From Epithemia pelagica (lineage: Eukaryota; Protista; Bacillariophyta), in assembly GCA_946965045.2 (NCBI GenBank), contig OX337240.1, forward strand, positions 868,001 through 932,000: a stretch of DNA of 64,000 bases. Reading direction: 5' to 3'. The notes under the pieces were generated by a model. That model saw only the letters and a program-made list of their open reading frames with translations, made no database searches and was not told where the DNA came from. Both the position numbers and the translations under genes were made by a program. Shown here piece after piece: positions 39,911 to 52,080 of the stretch; the stretch's first letter is position 1, and each line of letters begins with the position of its first letter.

Positions 39911-42900
39911 TTATGACGCAATTCCCTGCGACAGGTATTGAAAGAGATCGTACTGCCGAGTCCCATACGATGTAATGGACTGTTGAATCAGATCCAAGGC
40001 AAAGGCCACTGTCTCTTCCTTGTTGAGTTCGGGACGGAATCGTTCGCGCAATTTGGTCAACATTTCCTCGCGACTGGGACCTTCGGCAAAGCACTTGAAG
40101 GTACTGTTGCGACTGGTTATTTCCACCAGGGTAAAAAAGGTATCGCTGTAGGACTGCAGGGCCAAAAAGCCACAACAAAACAGCGTGACAAAGTCTGAAA
40201 ACAAGGGCGATTGGGGACCTCCCATGACCTCCAACATTTCGTCCGTAAGCTTGAAGGGAGTCGACATTTCCAAGCTAAAGGATCCACCCGGAGCGACGCC
40301 AAAGACAAAGCCAAAGTCAATGTGAATCACATGACCTGCAGTATCCAGGAGGAGGTTTCCATTGTGCCGGTCCTTGAACAAAAAGAAATAGGACATTAAC
40401 GAATAGGCCGCGAGACTGCGGACAAAGTTTTGTTGGGCAGTCTTGAAGGAACCACCCGGATCGGCCGTGAACTCGGTCATTCGGTGCAAATGCTCTCGAA
40501 GGCCACCTTTCCCATAGCCCGGACGTTTCTTGAGGGCATCAAAGGACATGGCATTGCGGACCATTTCAATAATCCCCGTGGTTCTCCCCGTGGCCAGAAT
40601 ACGATACGGGCTGACCCACAATTCCAGCCCCGCAATTTCAAACGCCTCTTGACACAGCTCGATCAGTTGCATGACAAAGGCCTCTTGTCTCAAATCGTCG
40701 TTGGATTTTACAATAATACCAACCAAGTCCCATCCCGGATGCGTCGCTTGAGGACTGGAAGCAGCAATCCGAGACTTTTTCTCGGCCCAACGTTCACCAA
40801 AGGCAAAACGACCCCAAAATGCTGAATCTTCCTTCAGTTTATCTACAGTTTCCGCCTCTAACAAGACTGAATGACGAACAAACTCAATGTCTTTCTTAAC
40901 CAACTCGAGGAGTTCCCCATTCGTCACCATTTCTCCCTTCCACAGCGTAAGGGCTTGTAACACTGCCGGTGGCAACGGCCCACAACCGGCCAACCGCGGA
41001 TCCAAGTCACCGGCATCAATCGAAGGCATTTGATGGGGATGTATTGAATCCGCCTTTTCATCAAAATCGGACAAGGAGTTCACTCGACTCAGTGACACGT
41101 GCTGCAGCACTTTGGCAGCATCGGCGGCACTCAGGTGTCCCTGCGCCACTCGGTTCTGTACCAACAAGAGACGGACGGCTTCCATGACTTCGTCTTCTTC
41201 GGATTGTTTGCCAGTCAAGTCACCGATATCAAAGCTTTTCCCCGTCGCCGAATTCTTGTCCAATCCCAAGGAAGCTAACTTTTCCTTGGTACTCGCCAAT
41301 TCCAAAAATTCTCGATCCTTGTCCTTCACCATGCCGTCATCTGGTTCTCGTTCACTACCGTCATCCAGCAACAACGCAGTGGCTCGTTTGGTCTCCAGTT
41401 CCTTCAAGCTGCGTTGGACCGACTCGGCGGCCCCAGCCGCAATGGAATTTCGTTCCTTGCGACCTCTCATCATGATCACATTCAATACCTCTCGCCGAAT
41501 ATCTCCTGTCGGAGCAAGTTCGTTGAATCGGTCGTGCGCATCACAACTGGAGTTTTTAAACATTCTGCGGGGTCCACCAATTTTGGGGGATGGAGAAGAA
41601 CCGGTGGATGGAGACGAGGCGGAAGCGTCCGGTGTTTGCTTGGACGTTCTGGTCGAATCTTCCCCAGTCTTTTCCTCATCCGTAGCAGTGGCATTGTCTA
41701 TATCTCGTTTAAACTGTTCCACCATGACATTGGTCACCATTTGATCTACAACTTCTTTCGGTGTAGAAGCTGTACTGCCATCATCAAAGCTGGAATTACG
41801 CCGTGGCGTCAATCCATCAAATCTCTTTAACGCCTTTGTGTTTTGTCTATGATCCTGTGGTGTTCCTTCCAACTCCGATGTCGAAGACTGTCGAGAGGGT
41901 GACTGCTCTGTGGATGCTGTTTCGGACGTTTCCTCCCTCCCTGTTGTAAAATCTGTATTTGTCTCTCTTGGATCCTCGTCGTCCTTGTCTTGACTGGTTT
42001 TCTGTGAAGCGGTTTGATCCTCTTGTTTTGTCTCGTCATCCTTGGGTTGAATGTGCTTCACAACCTTATCCCACTTGTCCTTGACTCCTTCCATGGAGTT
42101 ATCTCCTGCTGCCAATTCGGCTCCTTCATCCACTTGTTCGACCAACAAAAGGACGGGCGTCCGTTCCTTGCTTCGAAACACATGTCCTTCCGTGCTGGGA
42201 ACTCGGACAATCCGAATCATGGAATCCGAGATTCGATTGAGCGGATCGCCACCCATGGTTCCAGACGCATTGAGCAATCGCAATTCTTCTTCCAAGGCCC
42301 CGGCTCGGGACCGCACGTCCATGAACCGCAATTTCTCGGCAATATCACAAACGCGTTTGGTAAAGTTCAAATGGCTCGTAAAGTAATCGGCATTTTTAGC
42401 AATGCGTAGCTTTTCGTGGACCATGGCTTCTCGCAAACGAGCTGCATCCTCATTGCCAGAATCTGGTGATGATGATTGTTGTTGCTGTTGTTGCTGCTGC
42501 AACAAGGGTATTCGGTGTCGAACGGAGCGATCCAGTTTGCCAAAGACGGTCCGTCGTCGATAGTCCTGAATTTGGGCAATACTGGCTTTGAGCATTCGTA
42601 CTTGATCGTTGGTGGGAGACAGCATTTTCCCCAAGGTGACAGACCCACCACCCCACCCATCGTCGTGTCCAAACAGGTAGGATTCCAGTTCACACACAAA
42701 CCGCAGGACCGCAAATCGTCGGGCCCGACAGGCGGGAGTCGTGGCCGGATGATGCAAGGATGCCGACGAGGATGTGGCGGAGGAAGAGGAGGAGGACGAC
42801 GCGGATTGACCAAAATTCAAGGATTCTTCCAAATCGGCGGAATGACTCCACAACAATTCCAACGCCAAATGAATGGAATATTGTGATGCCACGGTTAGGA

Positions 42901-44968
42901 GGAAATCTTCCATCAAATCGACACGGGCCACGGCCAAGGCATCTTCGGGTGGTAACATACACAAGTGAATATGACACAATTGAGGCCAGAAAAAGGCCAC
43001 ACTACTTAATTCCCCATCGTGACACAAATCCAAAAAGAATTCCAACAAGCATTGCAACATTTGTGTGGCATGTTGGGTTGTGAGCAGTGATGGTTGTTGT
43101 TGTTGGGAGGAATGGTGATGATAGAGTTTGTTGTTGGAGGGAGGGAGGGCATAATCCAAAAGCAACTTCATGGCTGTGCCCATATCGCCTGCCACCCGAA
43201 AGGCTTGTTTCTTTAAGGAAGCTGTTTCACTTTCGGCTTGGCCCACAGCCTCATCCAATTGTTCCAAGAATTCCCCGACGCCAATGCGACCCTCCAACAA
43301 ATCTTCTGACAAGGCTTCCAAATAGGGTGAGGCACACAACAAGGCACCAAATCGTTTCTTGTCACGCAAGGCCTTGAGTAAGGATGCCGTACTTTTGGAT
43401 GTGGGAGAAATGTGAATCCACGAGGATGTCGTCGTGGTGGTGCTTGCCAACGGCTTGGCTCGCGTCGGAGAATGCAAGGGCGAAGATGGTTCCACGGTGG
43501 CGCTGGTCGTCGTCGAGGTTGGAATAACGGCATCCTCGGTAGGTGTATCGACTTTGGTCCAGGATTCGTTGCTACTGTCCGAACTCTTGTCATCGCTGGC
43601 GGTTGGAGGCGGCGGTGGTGGTGTGGAGGGGGGAGGAGGTCGATCCGCCATTGTAGAGGAAGACGGCGGCGGCGGCGGTGGAGTCGATGGTGGAGGGGGT
43701 CGATCCGACGAAGGCGATTGTGGATTGGAGGCTGAATCGTCCGTCATGTCGATAGAAACAAGATCGCCCGGTTCGGATAGAGTGTTTGAGCTTATTGCAA
43801 CGTCTTGAGACGGTGGATCCGTCTCGGGAAGGGCGTCGTCTTTGATGATGGTACTGTCTTCCTTGGAAGGGGATGCATGCGCTTCTTTTACGGTTCCTTC
43901 TTCGACCCGTGGTTCTTCTTTTCCTTCCTCTTCTTTTACTGGTGGTGGTTTCCTGGTGCGAGTTGGGGACGACGGTGGTTTGGTGGTGCCTCGTTTGGAT
44001 TTGGGTGTTACCAGAGTGACACACAATTCTCGCGCTTGTAACAAGGCTTCATGTTCTTGCAAGGCACTCGCCATACAGGATTGAATCCATTGCAAATGAT
44101 CCAGCAACCCTTGAGCCACAAAACAATCTTGACACGAATCAATGCGATTTTCCATTCCATACTGCCACAAGGGCGCACTGGCCAACCACAGTGGTTTGTA
44201 AATGTGACTATTGTTGCTATTGTTGTTGCTGCTGCTCGCCGACGAAATGTCCAAGACACCACACGAACGACAATACCGAGGTGGTTTGGGTGTCCCTCCC
44301 AACAACAGGGATCGAGCGGGTTGAGGATTCAAAGGAGTCAATGGTAAGGGCGGCGGTAACACTTGGGAAATTGGATTCATGAGGGGAATGGTGCTGTCCT
44401 TCTTGTTGTTGTCGTCGTCGTTCGAATCATGCACCGATGTTGGTTTGTCATCTCCTTGTGTTTCATTTGGTTGCTGCATCAAAGTGAGTTCCAATCCAGC
44501 TTGCAAGGTGGCCAACCAATGTTGACGACATTTGGGGGTCACGGCTTGACACAACAATTGTTTGCCTTGATTGGTCACCAATTGAAAGGATTTGGAAGCA
44601 GTGGTGGGTGCGGTTGTGGTGGTGGTGGTGCCCGTCCAATACGAGGAAGCCCCGACAATGCGATACATGTGAAGGGGTGCATCGCCTCGTTCGTAGGCCG
44701 CAAAGGATTCGTGACAAATCAACCAATTGGCGGTCACGGTACAATATTCCACTTCGGCACTGGTCCAAAATCCACTCGCACTCTTAGAGGAGGACGCTGT
44801 GCTGGTGGCGGTAGAGCTTGTTCGTTGTTGGTGTTGTTTCTGCGGAGTCGTTGCCGCAGCAATCGCTGGTCCTCCTCCCGGACGTTCCAATTCCTGTCTC
44901 CACAAGGATCCACGACAAACACCTTGCTTCCGGACAGCCAAGTGCGTGGTACTCGATGAAGAAATCAT
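39911..44968 (-). CDS. Phosphatidylinositol 4-kinase (type III beta-like) with an N-terminal PH-like region
   Basis: FRSKERTP, IVKSNDDLRQE, KDRHNGNLLLD and HIDFGF; helical domain VAFFWPQLCHI. Confidence 0.93.
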   Translation of the reverse strand: MISSSSTTHLAVRKQGVCRGSLWRQELERPGGGPAIAAATTPQKQHQQRTSSTATSTASSSKSASGFWTSAEVEYCTVTANWLICHESFAAYERGDAPLHMYRIVGASSYWTGTTTTTTAPTTASKSFQLVTNQGKQLLCQAVTPKCRQHWLATLQAGLELTLMQQPNETQGDDKPTSVHDSNDDDNNKKDSTIPLMNPISQVLPPPLPLTPLNPQPARSLLLGGTPKPPRYCRSCGVLDISSASSSNNNSNNSHIYKPLWLASAPLWQYGMENRIDSCQDCFVAQGLLDHLQWIQSCMASALQEHEALLQARELCVTLVTPKSKRGTTKPPSSPTRTRKPPPVKEEEGKEEPRVEEGTVKEAHASPSKEDSTIIKDDALPETDPPSQDVAISSNTLSEPGDLVSIDMTDDSASNPQSPSSDRPPPPSTPPPPPPSSSTMADRPPPPSTPPPPPPTASDDKSSDSSNESWTKVDTPTEDAVIPTSTTTSATVEPSSPLHSPTRAKPLASTTTTTSSWIHISPTSKSTASLLKALRDKKRFGALLCASPYLEALSEDLLEGRIGVGEFLEQLDEAVGQAESETASLKKQAFRVAGDMGTAMKLLLDYALPPSNNKLYHHHSSQQQQPSLLTTQHATQMLQCLLEFFLDLCHDGELSSVAFFWPQLCHIHLCMLPPEDALAVARVDLMEDFLLTVASQYSIHLALELLWSHSADLEESLNFGQSASSSSSSSATSSSASLHHPATTPACRARRFAVLRFVCELESYLFGHDDGWGGGSVTLGKMLSPTNDQVRMLKASIAQIQDYRRRTVFGKLDRSVRHRIPLLQQQQQQQQSSSPDSGNEDAARLREAMVHEKLRIAKNADYFTSHLNFTKRVCDIAEKLRFMDVRSRAGALEEELRLLNASGTMGGDPLNRISDSMIRIVRVPSTEGHVFRSKERTPVLLLVEQVDEGAELAAGDNSMEGVKDKWDKVVKHIQPKDDETKQEDQTASQKTSQDKDDEDPRETNTDFTTGREETSETASTEQSPSRQSSTSELEGTPQDHRQNTKALKRFDGLTPRRNSSFDDGSTASTPKEVVDQMVTNVMVEQFKRDIDNATATDEEKTGEDSTRTSKQTPDASASSPSTGSSPSPKIGGPRRMFKNSSCDAHDRFNELAPTGDIRREVLNVIMMRGRKERNSIAAGAAESVQRSLKELETKRATALLLDDGSEREPDDGMVKDKDREFLELASTKEKLASLGLDKNSATGKSFDIGDLTGKQSEEDEVMEAVRLLLVQNRVAQGHLSAADAAKVLQHVSLSRVNSLSDFDEKADSIHPHQMPSIDAGDLDPRLAGCGPLPPAVLQALTLWKGEMVTNGELLELVKKDIEFVRHSVLLEAETVDKLKEDSAFWGRFAFGERWAEKKSRIAASSPQATHPGWDLVGIIVKSNDDLRQEAFVMQLIELCQEAFEIAGLELWVSPYRILATGRTTGIIEMVRNAMSFDALKKRPGYGKGGLREHLHRMTEFTADPGGSFKTAQQNFVRSLAAYSLMSYFFLFKDRHNGNLLLDTAGHVIHIDFGFVFGVAPGGSFSLEMSTPFKLTDEMLEVMGGPQSPLFSDFVTLFCCGFLALQSYSDTFFTLVEITSRNSTFKCFAEGPSREEMLTKLRERFRPELNKEETVAFALDLIQQSITSYGTRQYDLFQYLSQGIAS

Positions 44969-45520
44969 GTCTTGAGATTCGTTTGCTAGTTACGGCGACC
45001 AGAGCAATCTAACAATCTATACAATCCTCTGGATGTTGCTTTTGGATCTGGAGTGTCGCCTTTTCCGGGGGGAGGTATCTACACACAACTTTTTCTCTGT
45101 CTGTGGGCATACAATGACTCAAACTTTGCGGCATTCGACAAAGTGTCTCTCTCTCTCTTCTTTGGTGTTGTGCTCAATGAAAAAAACCTCAACATCAACA
45201 ATCAACGCTGCTGTCTCTGTTGCGTCTCACTGTCTCTTCTCTATGGGCCTGCCGGCGGGAACGACTCGTCCGTTGCTCATGGTACAAATGAATCTGTACT
45301 CATACATTTTAGAGAACATTACATTCTACTATATGTATAAATTGTAGAAAAGGAAAAGACTCATGGGTCGCATGAATAGTCGCGTATAGTTTCCGTGACA
45401 AGGAGGAAAAAAAGACGGATCACCCAAAGATGCAAGAACTTCTTCGAACATGTCATATCTGTGTATCTTGTCAACAACCGAAATGTTTGTTTCATTTCCT
45501 GTGGTTGTGTGATTGCCACC

Positions 45521-46585
45521 ATGTTTTGGAGAACCACCAACCAACGTCCCCAACAGCCGCCACAACACAGTCCAGGAACATCCTCCCCCCAGCACGACGA
45601 TGACGAGCACGGCAACCACAAGGGCGAGACTCTACGATCCGCCAAAACCATGGAGGAATCACCCACTACAACGACGTCAAAACGATTGGAACCGGACGAC
45701 AAAAACAACAACGACAAGAACAAGAACAAGAACAAGAGTGTAGTAGAAAACGGAATCCGCCGCCATGTCCAGGAAAAACCAGTCCTGCCTTTTAAACCGT
45801 CCAATGGATTCATGACGGTGACGGCACGAACTGGATTTTTGCAATGGTGTGAATTGTCCGAATTGGCCAAGGCATCCAAAGACTTTCGAGAATCATGCTC
45901 CTCATACTCGTCGAACGACGACCATAACCAACAACAACAACAAGAAGAAGACGATCGCATCTTGTCACTCCATGCCTCGTCCAATCCCCAGGATCCCTTG
46001 TATTTTTGGCAAATTTACAGCATTACCGGCGTCCAACCGATTTTGGACGTGGTTACCAACTTTTATCGTCGCATTTATCACGACACGACACAAGAGTGGT
46101 TTCGATCCGTCTTTGGCCAATTGGCCAGTCAAGAACGACACATTCAAGCACAGGTACAAATGTGGATTGATTGCATGGGGGTGGACGAACCTATCATGGT
46201 GGTAACTTTCGATTGGAATGGCATCATTCGGCTACGCAAACCTTGACACTTATGAATCAACGAGGCATGCAACAATGGGTCCACTACATGAAGGAAACCT
46301 TGCAGGAACTCCAACCACGATTGAAGGATGTGGATCCGCGATTGCCGGGAGCAATCTCCACCTTTTTTGCAATTCTTTTTGGAATACTATGCCCACAAAT
46401 TTGACTTTGTGGTCCCCGTGTCGGAACCATTGTTTGGAAAGTTGATCCTTCCACCCAACAGCAGCAGACGATGGACCAATGATAGTGCCAGTCGTACTAC
46501 TGCAACGGAAAATGCACAAGTCTCCTCCTCCTCCTCCAGCCATCACACAATCAGGACGACGAAACACACCGAGGGGGACATCTGA
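45521..46585 (+). CDS. Truncated-haemoglobin-like protein with N-terminal extension; interrupted by two compensating homopolymer frameshifts
   Basis: NFYRRIYHD..WFRSVF, RH...W...MGGGRTYHGG..RL..HH and MNQRGMQQW are spread over frames that rejoin if G5 at 46177-46181 is read as G6 and T6 at 46363-46368 as T5. Confidence 0.7.
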
Positions 46586-49500
46586 GGGACTGCTTTCGGA
46601 ACTGCTTTCGGAACCATGCAATGGCGTCGGAGCAAGACCTGTCACTGACCCGTGAATGGGAGTACCGGTACAAGAAACAGCAACAGTTTCATAAAAAAAG
46701 AATCCAACCTGAGTCATAAACAGACCTGTTATGTTATCATTAGTAAACTTTGATGTGGACACTTCCCTTTTCTATACCCCTTTCGGTCTTCGAACTCCTA
46801 GTCGAAGAAGGAAAGTCCCGTGTGCAAAAACTATATTAAAACACCTCCTACAAATATTATGTAGCTTATGGCGAAGTGCGAATAGGATAGCTAATAACCC
46901 AAAATGTGATGGACCAAGATCAAGACCAAATTTCTGCTTAAATAATAATGGTGAGAGAAAAAACTTGAGCCGTACAAGACTGGTTTTGGTTTGACCTCCG
47001 AGGGATCGACTGGGTACGCCCAACAAATTTCGAAAGAACCTGGAGCATGGAGCATGTACTGCAGCGCTCCTCATGATAAACGAGATACGAGTACTCTCCT
47101 CTACCATGTCGATCTCTCAACTCTCCACACAACTCTGCGAAAAACGAAAAAAGATACGGAGTTGTCGAGCCGTCAACTGTCACTACATTTCATCGTTTAA
47201 CATCCCATGTCATGGATCATGGATGCGATCCATTTCTCGCTTCTCGTTGCTTAGCGAATCGATGGATTGTCGTCCATGTGACTATAGAGTCGAGGACGAA
47301 AGACGGTCTCCGCCTAAACTGTAACATGTTGTTAGCAGAGCCTAGAGCACTGAATGCCTTAGCTGGGGGCTTGGTGCCTCCGAGAAGATGATGTGTCTTG
47401 TAGAAGAATTGATGGCCACAGTGACCATCCAGGACTAGTCTACGTATATGTACGTATGTAGGGAAATCTACCAGCGACGTATGTAGGGCATGGAATTTGG
47501 AATCTTACTTCCGAAATAGGAAGACTATGGCTTAGTTGAGAAAAACTACCCGTCGTCACAGAGGAAATTTCAAATTTTTGTGTGAAACAAATTACTCCAT
47601 TGCTTAGGCTTGGTTCGATTTGGCTCAAGGACCAGTATTCCGATGGCGGCTATAAAGCCAACACGGCAAAGGTCGTGGAAACAATGAAAGGTCTACCGCT
47701 GATCACAGCCTCTGGTTTCCGTACTTTCGAGCTCTACAATAGCTACTGTTCACCTTCCGACACAATGGTGGAATCGTGGGATGACTCTTGTGTTTGTTTT
47801 GTTTTGTTTTGCATTATCAATTATCTTTGCCTCCGAACCCCTGGGACCAAATCCATCATTTTACCACCCACTTTACCATTCCGTGGTGGCAATCCACATA
47901 CTTTGAGTTCCGGGAGATCCTTGAACCAGACGAGAAACAAGATTGTTCTGGTAGCTATCGTATGAGAGGTATCAACCTTCTCTGCCTACTCCCAGTATAA
48001 TGTATAGCTATAGTGTCTGCCTTGTTCTTGTATATTTCCATTGGTTGCCAGTAGATGAATCCTCATCAATCAACATGGCTAGTTTAAAACCGACAGGGAA
48101 GCAAAGAGTCCGGCTAACCGTAGAACAGTTCTAAATTGGACTACACTGTTGTATCATTAGACACTCACCCCCTACCCCATACATCTCCATGGTTGGTTGT
48201 TGATCCACTGGTGACATGGGTGGTGATGGCAAGGGATCCTGCCGGACATGCCTCTTTCCTGGGGCATCCTCAAGTCGACCTACATGGTATGGGCTCTGCT
48301 TTCATCCTTTCCCTTTTCTGTTCTACACAATGTAGTGACAACCACAAGAGAGACAGTCCGTATCATCTACGGCAAGCTTCTCTATTGCCAGTAGCCTTTC
48401 GTATCTACTTCGATTGCATTGTTCTAGCTAGTAGGTACTCGCAGACACTACTCTAGATACGGTCTGTTGCAGTTAGAATGATTCCATTGCCGAATCTGGT
48501 CTGTACGTAGCTTACCTACCAGAAATTCTGATGGCCATTCGGCCAACATAACTTTCAAGACGCTGATCATTACCAATTACTACGGAGCTACCCAGGTCGA
48601 CTATTTCTAGTCATCGCAAAATTGTCGGTCAAATGGCCATCAGAAGGTGCGATTTTACCGCGACTTGGCCAACAAAGCCGAGGTAATGTCTCTCCGCCTC
48701 TCTTTGTTTTTGTTCTGGGTTCCTGGTTCTGGTTCGTTGAAAATGTCAAATGTCTCATGACACACGTACGTGTTCCTCATCTGTTGGTTGTCAACTGGAA
48801 AATCATTCCAGCTCCGTTCTTGAACAGCCCCTGCCATACTTCAGTAATAGCTAGAAACATCAGAGTAGATTTTTAGTGAAAATCATTGATATGCTACACT
48901 CTACTAGTCTGAATAGGTTCAAGTGTAGATTTCAAATAGATCCGACTAAATCTCGTAGATAATTATTAGTCTGATCAGCATGAGCATGCACTGGAAAGTT
49001 GGTCCCAAGGCGTTTCCAGCGGACCACGCTTGTGCGGTGGGACATGTTTCTCCAAGAGCCCGTCAACGTGATGCGCTCTTCCCCTACCAACACTCAGCAT
49101 GATTATGTCTGCTGTTTTCGGGCATATATGAATAAACATACAAGCCACTGATTGCTCCTTGTAATTTGAGGCCCTACCAAGAATCAAGACAATTTTTGTC
49201 CATATGAGCGGCCGTAGCTTGTCGGGAGGTAGCTGGCTGGGGCGAATCAAATCTAGTGCCCATAGTTGAGGCTAAATAATATAGAGTTCATAACAATTAT
49301 AAGGTCCAGTCCCAATGGTCATTGACAAAAAGTGTCATTATTATTTGCATTTCATTATTTATTACCCCATTCGGCGCAAACTGCTAGAGCTCGGGCCTAC
49401 AGATTTCTGTAAGCTCATACCTCATACTGTCCGGGGGACATGCGTACTTCTCAACGTAATTGTTGTCCACCTTCTTTCCGTTCCATTTCGGTGTCCTAAC

Positions 49501-50199
49501 TATGGGAGCGCCGAAAGGCAATGACAAGTGACTACGATACGATCGATGATTTATGATTTCTTAATGATTTAGCAATTGTCTTCAACATGAGACGCTGTCA
49601 AAATTCTTGTTTGGACCTTCTTTGCTACCACTCCGTTGTACACAATCCTTGACTCAAAGCCCTAGCTAGGGGAGAAAATAACTCCTCCAGCAAACAACAA
49701 GGACGGTGGGGGTGGACAGTTGAAAGAAATAGCAAGATGGTGAATATCAATGGATGGTCACAATTTCACGACTTGTCTTGGTCGGACCACAACCATCCGA
49801 ATGTATGCAATAGCCAGTCAATAGCCGCCTCCGTGGGCCAAGATCCAAGATCCAACTGCTGTCTCGTACATGCAAAGTGAACAACAGCTCTCCAACGCAA
49901 GCCTCTCTTGTTCGTCTAAGCCTTTGTCCCGGAACAGGATCATGACCAAAGCATCCATAACTGCACAGAGGTGCGTCCGGTCGCAACTGGAAAAAAGTGA
50001 GACAAACACAACCATTATAGCCAGGAGATCCACCGAGAGACAGGATGTCTCGATCGACCGTTTCTGGAAACGGAAGCGGTACAAAGTACACTTGCAGAGT
50101 GTGTGAGAGTAACCTACAAATCTACACCGATTGTGGTTGCTCACAAAATAGACCAACCACCCACAATCAATAACACACTGCGCCACACCAGCAACCATC

Positions 50200-52080
50200 A
50201 TGTATGTCGTTGGCAGCCGCAATGAACAACCAAGAATATCACTCGTCGACTCTCAGGATCAAGAGCTTTCGCTCGTTACCGAAAAGACGAAGAACGATAC
50301 CGTACCACGTGATTGCATTCCAGGAGACGCCACCGATCAGGACGAGTCCACCAACAAGGACTGTTCATCGCCCAAATCCACCGCTACCAAATCTGCTGCT
50401 AACAGCGGCAAGATGAAGCAACCCTCGGAGCGTCGCGTCCAACACAATTACCATGATCACATGCACGACAAGCCACCAGCCTACTTGTACGATGACGACG
50501 TTCTCGGCAGTGGACATTGCTTTACCGTGAGCACCAGTGGCCTGGGTGGAGCCGGTCTTTCCTTTACCATTAAACTTCACGAAATGTTAAACACGGCCGA
50601 ACGGGAAGACTTGAAACACATTGTCTCGTGGCAACCACACGGTCGATGTTTTGTGATCCACAAGACGGAACTCTTTAAGGAACTCTTACCACGCTTTTTT
50701 GGAATCTCCAAGATTGCCTCCTTCCAACGGCAACTCAACATGTACGGCTTTCAACGCATCACACGAGGGATGGATAAGAGCGGCTATTATCATGAATTGT
50801 TTCTACGAGGCCGAGTCTTTTTGGCCTATCAGATTCGTCGTGTCCGCATCAAGGGCACGGGTGCTCGAGCCAAGGCCAATCCCGATCAAGAACCCAATTT
50901 TTGGAACATGAAGTGGCTCGAACCTCTCGATTATCACCATCATCAAGGAGGAGGAGGAGCACAACCACCAACACCAATGAACCAGTTGTCGTGCAGTTCC
51001 GATCAACCCCGGTTCACTCCCGCCGATGCCCGACAGTACTCCTCGTCCTCACGGAGCGACTTGGCCTTTGCCAAACTACTCAAGGAAAAGCCCTGGATGA
51101 CCACCAAGGCATGTCTCGAAGAAGATGGGGGAAAGGATGTGATTACTGCTACTACTGCTCAAGAGATTGGAAACTCCTCCTCAAGCTCGTGGCACCACCG
51201 GGCCTCGCAATCCGGTGGTCCCTTGTTGTTGCAGTCGGCAGCTCCCGAAGAGTCCTTGGCTCTGTCGCCCATTCGTAACATGCGGCACGACATGCGAGAA
51301 GAACGACGGATACCCGTTTCCTCCCAACCACAACAACACCATTCTCCTCCTCCCACAATCCCCATTGTGTCACCGGTACGATCCTCACCGCCGCGCAGGG
51401 TCAAACCACTGGTGGAATGTTGGGGACGAAACTTTCATCCCGTGGAAGAAGAAGAGGCGGCTCCAGAAGAAGCATGCTCCCGAACAACCACAACCACAAC
51501 CACAACCAGAATGCCACCAAGAACCCCTCGAGTCCAACAACAACAAGAAAGTTCCAGAACCACGGAACCGCTCTTCCCCGTGAATCGTTTGAATCCAGGA
51601 CAGGCATTGCCAGAACCGGACTGGAACTGTTCCAACGACAAGAGTCCACGCCCTTCATTTTCGCAGTCGCCTCCGCAGCAACCTCCCCTGTGGTCTCCCC
51701 ATCCACGACCATCACGGGACGCCTTACTGGGAAGCATGGACAAGGAGGAGGAGGACAACCACTACAGGGACTCGTTGCAGCACTCGACTCCTGCCATGGA
51801 CGTCGTGGACCGCCGCCGCCACCACCACCACCAGCCCCACCACCAAGAAGAACCCTCGGAATCGGTATCGTCCCGATTGGATCGAATTGCCTCCCAAATC
51901 AGTGACCTACGACAATTGCAACATCAACAACAAGAAGAACAAAAATCTCACAGTTTTGATTCCCTCGACATGGAGAGTGCCATGAATGAACGGATTCTCC
52001 CTCATGGAACAACCAGTTGGGATTCGGTAGATGCCAATGCCACGGTTGGAGAAATGGTGCAACGAGTTACGGATTCCTAA
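50200..52080 (+). CDS. Heat-shock transcription factor (HSF DNA-binding domain)
   Basis: FTIKLHEML, IVSWQPHGRCF, SFQRQLNMYGF and YYHELFLRG. Confidence 0.93.
   Translation: MYVVGSRNEQPRISLVDSQDQELSLVTEKTKNDTVPRDCIPGDATDQDESTNKDCSSPKSTATKSAANSGKMKQPSERRVQHNYHDHMHDKPPAYLYDDDVLGSGHCFTVSTSGLGGAGLSFTIKLHEMLNTAEREDLKHIVSWQPHGRCFVIHKTELFKELLPRFFGISKIASFQRQLNMYGFQRITRGMDKSGYYHELFLRGRVFLAYQIRRVRIKGTGARAKANPDQEPNFWNMKWLEPLDYHHHQGGGGAQPPTPMNQLSCSSDQPRFTPADARQYSSSSRSDLAFAKLLKEKPWMTTKACLEEDGGKDVITATTAQEIGNSSSSSWHHRASQSGGPLLLQSAAPEESLALSPIRNMRHDMREERRIPVSSQPQQHHSPPPTIPIVSPVRSSPPRRVKPLVECWGRNFHPVEEEEAAPEEACSRTTTTTTTTRMPPRTPRVQQQQESSRTTEPLFPVNRLNPGQALPEPDWNCSNDKSPRPSFSQSPPQQPPLWSPHPRPSRDALLGSMDKEEEDNHYRDSLQHSTPAMDVVDRRRHHHHQPHHQEEPSESVSSRLDRIASQISDLRQLQHQQQEEQKSHSFDSLDMESAMNERILPHGTTSWDSVDANATVGEMVQRVTDS

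Noticed and set aside
47582-48456. Short ORFs 47582-47965 and 48136-48456 as genes
   Set aside because: Non-ATG starts, no motifs and no splice solution found.
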